Positions 15,050-19,158 of a stretch of 19,158 nt of DNA are shown piece by piece (position 1 is the first letter of the stretch; every line of letters starts with the position of its first letter). The stretch is from Candidatus Methylomirabilia bacterium (GTDB taxonomy: Bacteria > Methylomirabilota > Methylomirabilia > Rokubacteriales > CSP1-6). A program made the translations under genes and the position numbers. Location of the stretch: assembly GCA_041492755.1 (NCBI GenBank), contig JBGPXN010000083.1:1-19158 (forward strand), written 5' to 3'. Below the pieces are notes generated by a model. That model was given only the letters and a program-made list of their open reading frames with translations. It searched no databases and was not told the origin of the DNA.

Positions 15050-15105
15050 ACGGTCGGGGTGCGATGCGCGCGCAGCGCGGGCGTGCACGGAGAGAGAGGG
15101 CGGCC

Positions 15106-15900
15106 ATGGCGATCTGGGACGACGTGATCCCCGAGGCGGAGCGACGGATCTACGCAAAGGGCGGCATGGGTGTGGGGCGGGTCGGCATGGGCGAGCGACC
15201 GGCCGTCATCGTGGTGGACATGACCTACGGCTTTGTGGATAGCGCCTATCCCCTCGGCCACAGTCCCACGGGCTATCCGGCTGTTGCCGCGATCCGCCGG
15301 CTTCTCGACCACGCGCGCCCGCTCGGCATCCCCATCTTCTATAGCGTGTCCAAGCAGGGAGCCACGCCTTGCGAGGCCGGGCGTTGGAAAGGCGGCGGTG
15401 TCACCGCCAATCCCGGAATGCGAGACCCCAAGGCCAACACCGTGGCGGCGGACATCGCCCCGCGGCCGGGCGACGTCGTCATCGCCAAGACGTTCCCCAG
15501 CGTCTTCTTCGGGACCGACCTCGCGAGCCATCTGATCTATCACCGGGTTGACACGCTCATCGTCACCGGCATGGTGACCAGCGGCTGCGTGCGCGGCACC
15601 GCGGTGGACGCGTTCTCCTACAATTTGCGCGTCATCGTTCCCGAAGAGTGCGCGGCCGACCGCGGCCCCACCAGCCACAAGGTGGCGCTCTTCGAGATCC
15701 ACATGAAGTACGGCGACGTGCTGCCGCTGGAGCAGGTGATGACCGAGCTGAGCGGTTTGATTTCAGGGGGGCCCCGAAATGGCCCCCAAGCTGTTCAAGC
15801 GAAGGGGGCTGACGCCCCCCTCGGACTCCCCCGGCAACGCTCGGGGCGCCCCGGCGAAGCCGGGGCACCCCTCGATCGCGCCATGAAGGAGATGACATGA
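15106..15900 (+). CDS. Isochorismatase-family cysteine hydrolase (maleamate amidohydrolase NicF / N-carbamoylsarcosine amidase-like) with repeat-derived C-terminal extension
   Basis: True start ATG 15106 (MAIWDDVIPE) after GGAGAGAGAGG. Triad motifs RPAVIVVDM (Asp), IAKTFPSVFFGT (Lys), GMVTSGCVRGTAVDAFS (Cys), then MKYGDV. The stop overlaps the dctP start (ATGA). Confidence 0.9.
   Translation: MAIWDDVIPEAERRIYAKGGMGVGRVGMGERPAVIVVDMTYGFVDSAYPLGHSPTGYPAVAAIRRLLDHARPLGIPIFYSVSKQGATPCEAGRWKGGGVTANPGMRDPKANTVAADIAPRPGDVVIAKTFPSVFFGTDLASHLIYHRVDTLIVTGMVTSGCVRGTAVDAFSYNLRVIVPEECAADRGPTSHKVALFEIHMKYGDVLPLEQVMTELSGLISGGPRNGPQAVQAKGADAPLGLPRQRSGRPGEAGAPLDRAMKEMT
15760..15874. repeat. Composite GC-rich palindromic element (REP/MITE-like) read in frame within the amidase tail
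   Basis: Three stem-loops: GGGGGCC-CCGAAAT-GGCCCCC (15767-15787), GGGGGC-TGAC-GCCCCC (15804-15819), GGGGCGCCCCGGC-GAA-GCCGGGGCACCCC (15843-15871). Confidence 0.7.
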
Positions 15901-16928
15901 CGGTTCCCCTTCGCTCTCGCGGCGTCCGCCTCGTGGCCGGGTTTCTCGCGCTGACGCTGCTCGCCGTGTCGGGGGCAACGGCGCAGGCGCCGCCCGGCAG
16001 CAAGGTCGTCATCAAGTTCTCGCACAACCAGCAGACGATCACGCCGCCCCACAAGGCGGCCGAGATGTTCAAACAGCTGGTCGAGCAGCGCACGGGCGGC
16101 TACTACGACGTGCAGATCTATCCCGCGCAGCAGCTGGGGAACTTGCGCGACCAGGTCGAGGGCACGGCCCTGGGCACGATCGAGGTCACGCAGCAGACGC
16201 CGGCCACCATCTCGCTGTTCGCCCCGAAGGTCATGGTCCTGGACTTTCCTTTCCTCTGGAACGACGAGGAAGCCATGTGGAAGGTTCTCGATGGCCCTCT
16301 CGGCCAGGAGCTCCTCCAGTCGGTCGAGGCCAAGGGGCTGAAGGGCGTCGACTTCTGGAGCTCCGGGTTCAAGAACTTCACGTCCGGCAAGAAGCCGATC
16401 CGGACGGCCGACGATTTCAAGGGCATGAAGATCCGTGTGATTCCCTCGCCGCTGCTCTCGGCGCAATACGAGGCATGGGGGGCGAGCCCGACGCCGGTGG
16501 ACTTCAAGGAGCTGTACACGGCGCTGCAGCAGGGGCTGGTGGACGGTCAGGAGAACCCGCCCGGGACGATCGTGGACGTCAAGCTCTACGAGGTCCAGAA
16601 GTACATGACGGAGAGCCGTCACGGGTTCCTGCACTACATCATGGTCTTCAACAAGAAGTGGTTCGACGCCCAGCCCAAGGCGAACCAGGACATCATCGTC
16701 CAGGCGATGAGGGAAGCCGGGCGGTGGGAGCGCAAGGCCATGGTCGACCGTGACGCGGACGCCACCCGGCGCATCAAGGACGCCGGCGTCCAGCTCACGA
16801 CGCTCACGCGCGAGGCCCGCGAGCAATTTCGCCAGCTCTCCCTGAAGGTCCACGAGCGGTTCGCCGACCGGGTGGACCGGGACTACCTGCGCCGGCTGTA
16901 TTCGGAGATCGAGAAGGCGTCCAGGTAA
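15897..16928 (+). CDS. dctP: TRAP transporter substrate-binding protein DctP
   Basis: Signal peptide; VQIYPAQQLG, LDFPFLW, PIRTADDFKGMKIRV, WGASPTPVDFKELYTALQQGLVDGQENP, KLYEVQKY. Confidence 0.95.
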   Translation: MTVPLRSRGVRLVAGFLALTLLAVSGATAQAPPGSKVVIKFSHNQQTITPPHKAAEMFKQLVEQRTGGYYDVQIYPAQQLGNLRDQVEGTALGTIEVTQQTPATISLFAPKVMVLDFPFLWNDEEAMWKVLDGPLGQELLQSVEAKGLKGVDFWSSGFKNFTSGKKPIRTADDFKGMKIRVIPSPLLSAQYEAWGASPTPVDFKELYTALQQGLVDGQENPPGTIVDVKLYEVQKYMTESRHGFLHYIMVFNKKWFDAQPKANQDIIVQAMREAGRWERKAMVDRDADATRRIKDAGVQLTTLTREAREQFRQLSLKVHERFADRVDRDYLRRLYSEIEKASR

Positions 16929-16946
16929 ACGGTCGCGACGTCGTCG

Positions 16947-18773
16947 GTGCAGAACCCGTTCTCCCGCGGCCTGGAGGCGGCCACGATGGTGACCATGGCC
17001 GCCCAGGTCGTCGTGGTGGTGGCCGGCGTCGTGTCACGTTACGTCGTCAACCGTCCGATCGCGGGCTCCGACGAGCTCGCGACGCTGGTCCTGGTGTGGC
17101 TGACGTTCCTGGGCGGCGCCGTCGCGCAACGGCGGCGCACCCACCCGAGCGTCAGTCTCTTCCTCCAACGCGTCGATCCGTCCACCGCGGCCTACGTCGA
17201 CGCCGCCACCCGGCTGGTCGAGGTCGTCTTCTTCGCCTGCATCTGCTGGCAGAGTCTGCGGCTCTTCCAGCTGCGCTGGGGCGAGCCGTCCGCGGGCGCC
17301 GGATTCGACATGGCGCTCTATCCGGCCGCCCTCATCGTCGGCGTCATGGCGAGCCTGCTGTTCGGGCTCGGTCAGCTGGCGACGGTCGGCAAGCGGGCGC
17401 TCGTCGTGGTCCTGACCGGCACCGGCGCGCTCGTGATGCTCTACGTCGTTATCACCGGCCTGGCGGGTTTCCGCCCGACGTCGGTCAACTCCACGGCGCT
17501 CCTGATCGTGGGCTTTGCGCTGCTGCTCGTCCTGAACGCGCCGCTCGCGGTGGCGCTCGGCTTTCCCGCGCTGGTCTATCTGCTGATCCTCGGCGGCCCG
17601 AACCTGCTCGTGCTGCCGCAGCGGCTCATCGCCGGCGCCGACAACTTCGTGCTGCTCGCCATCCCGCTCTTCATCCTCGCCGGGGCGCTGATGGAGACCG
17701 GAGGGATCTCGCGCCGTCTCGTCGACCTCGCCATGGCGATCGTCGGCCACCTGCGGGGAGGTCTCGCCCACGTCACGGTCGTGGCCGAGATCCTGTTCTC
17801 AGGGATCTCCGGCTCGACGACGGCGGACGTGGCCGCGATGGGCTCGCTCCTGATTCCATCGATGGAGCGTGCGGGCTACAAGCGCGAGGAATCCGTATCG
17901 ATCGTGAGCGCCGCCTCGGCGATGGGCATCCTGGTGCCGCCGTGCCTGCTCATGGTGATCCTCGCCACGATCGCCGACATCTCGGTGACCGCGCTGTTCC
18001 TGGCCGGCTTTCTGCCCGCCGCCGTGCTCGCCGCCGCGCTGATGCTGCTGATCTACGTCAAGGCGCGCCGGCAGGACTGGCCGGTGGCGGCCCGCGCGTC
18101 GTGGAGCGGGCTCGGGTCGGCCGCGCTCCACGCCGTGATTCCGCTCATGCTTCCCGTCTTGATCTTCGGCAGCATCTTCACGGGCGCCGCCACGGTCACG
18201 GAGTCCGCGGTCCTCGCCGTGGTCTACGCGCTGATCCTCGGCGTGTTCGTGTACCGCGAGACACCGCTCGGCGACCTGCCGAAGCTCTTTCTCGAGAGCG
18301 CCGTGCTGAGCGCGGTCAGCATGTGGCTCATCGCCGGCGCCTCGGTCTTCACCTGGCTCCTGGCCCGCGATCAGGTGCCGCAGGTCATCTCCGGCGTGAT
18401 CCTCGCCGTGTCGGGGCAGAAGTGGTTCTTCCTCCTCGCCAGCGTCGTCATCTTCACGTTCTTCGCCGCGCTGCTGGAGGGCTTTCCCGCCGTCATCATC
18501 CTCAGCCCGATCTTCTATCCCATCGCGACCCAGATGGGCGTGAACACGCTCCACTTCTCGATCATCATCGTGGCCTGTGTGGGGATCGGGCTCTTCCTGC
18601 CGCCCGTCGGCATCGGCCTGTTCATCGCCTGCGGCATCGCCGGCTCCTCCATGACGCGCGTGATGTCGACCTTCTGGCCATACCTCGCGGTGCTGATGGC
18701 GGGGCTGCTGATCGTGGCCTTCGTCCCGTGGATCACGCTGGTGCTCCCCGCGCGCTTCCTCGGCTCGCGGTGA
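16947..18773 (+). CDS. dctM: TRAP transporter fused small and large permease (DctQ-DctM)
   Basis: The N-terminal part is DctQ-like (VVSRYV.NRPI.GSDELA.L.LVWLTFLGGA). DctM motifs follow: LLAIPLFILAG.LM..GG.SRRL, GGLAHV, FSGISGS..AD, GILVPP, LFLAG.LP, T.TESA, IGLFLPPVG..LF. Confidence 0.93.
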   Translation: MQNPFSRGLEAATMVTMAAQVVVVVAGVVSRYVVNRPIAGSDELATLVLVWLTFLGGAVAQRRRTHPSVSLFLQRVDPSTAAYVDAATRLVEVVFFACICWQSLRLFQLRWGEPSAGAGFDMALYPAALIVGVMASLLFGLGQLATVGKRALVVVLTGTGALVMLYVVITGLAGFRPTSVNSTALLIVGFALLLVLNAPLAVALGFPALVYLLILGGPNLLVLPQRLIAGADNFVLLAIPLFILAGALMETGGISRRLVDLAMAIVGHLRGGLAHVTVVAEILFSGISGSTTADVAAMGSLLIPSMERAGYKREESVSIVSAASAMGILVPPCLLMVILATIADISVTALFLAGFLPAAVLAAALMLLIYVKARRQDWPVAARASWSGLGSAALHAVIPLMLPVLIFGSIFTGAATVTESAVLAVVYALILGVFVYRETPLGDLPKLFLESAVLSAVSMWLIAGASVFTWLLARDQVPQVISGVILAVSGQKWFFLLASVVIFTFFAALLEGFPAVIILSPIFYPIATQMGVNTLHFSIIIVACVGIGLFLPPVGIGLFIACGIAGSSMTRVMSTFWPYLAVLMAGLLIVAFVPWITLVLPARFLGSR

Positions 18774-18966
18774 GGAGCCGTCCGTCCGTCGGAGCGACAG
18801 GGGCGCTACCGAGCGAGAACTGTAGTCCAAGGCAGTTGTCATGTGCCACCAGCGAACGAATCCCGTTGGGGTCACGCAGCGCGCGGGCTCGGCGCTTCAG
18901 CTCGCGCGCGAGTCGGGCTCGTCGAGCCGCCTGCGCCGCGGGGAACCGTGCCGAACGAGAGGGGGC

Positions 18967-19158
18967 ATGAGCGCGCAGATACGACGGTCGTGGCTGGTCG
19001 TGCCGATGTCCAAGGCAGAGCAGATCGCCCAGGCGCCCCGGTCGGGGGCCGATGTGATCGCGCTCGACCTGGTCGAATTCGTGGCGGAAGAAGACAAGCC
19101 GGCGGCGAGGGAGCGCGCGCAGGCGGCGATCCGCACGGCTCACGCGGGTGGCGCGGAA
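18967..19158 (+). CDS. HpcH/HpaI aldolase / citrate lyase beta (CitE) family protein, N-terminus (3' truncated; not in the ORF track)
   Basis: After the GAGAGGGGG RBS: MSAQIRRSWLVVPMSKAEQIAQAPRSGADVIALDLVEFVAEEDKPAARERAQAAI. This fits the CitE pattern RRS.L.VP...A..SGAD...LDL...V....K..AR. Confidence 0.8.
   Translation, partial: MSAQIRRSWLVVPMSKAEQIAQAPRSGADVIALDLVEFVAEEDKPAARERAQAAIRTAHAGGAE

Noticed and set aside
12262..15105. 1212-aa + strand ORF 12262..15900
   Set aside because: The first ~950 codons are the antisense shadow of the molybdoenzyme and hydrolase genes. Only 15106-15900 encodes a recognisable protein with an RBS.
1..19158. CRISPR array, tRNA or rRNA genes
   Set aside because: No regularly spaced repeats or recognisable structural RNA sequences were seen by eye.

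Overview
High-GC bacterial window of catabolic and transport genes; the gene content and GC-rich hairpin repeats look like a soil or aquifer bacterium such as Ca. Rokubacteria, but that is only an impression. Left to right: 3' end of a TcuA-like FAD oxidoreductase, a DUF1080 lipoprotein, a decayed type I restriction (HsdR) remnant, an HpaB-family monooxygenase, a RHH/MazF toxin-antitoxin pair, a PQQ dehydrogenase, a class C-type serine hydrolase, an N-acyl-D-amino-acid deacylase, a broken O-methyltransferase and a cupin. A coherent divergent cluster follows: an alpha/beta hydrolase and a lone molybdo-hydroxylase large subunit on the - strand, then an isochorismatase-family amidase, a TRAP transporter and a CitE-like gene on the + strand. 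The most striking signal is structural. Three times, a small cargo (TA pair, serine hydrolase, cupin) sits between an intact gene and a second, slightly diverged copy of that gene's 3' end. In the two longer copies the changes are mostly synonymous, and no integrase or transposase is present. This looks like repeated anchor-gene-guided cassette capture between related strains, although metagenomic mis-assembly must be excluded.
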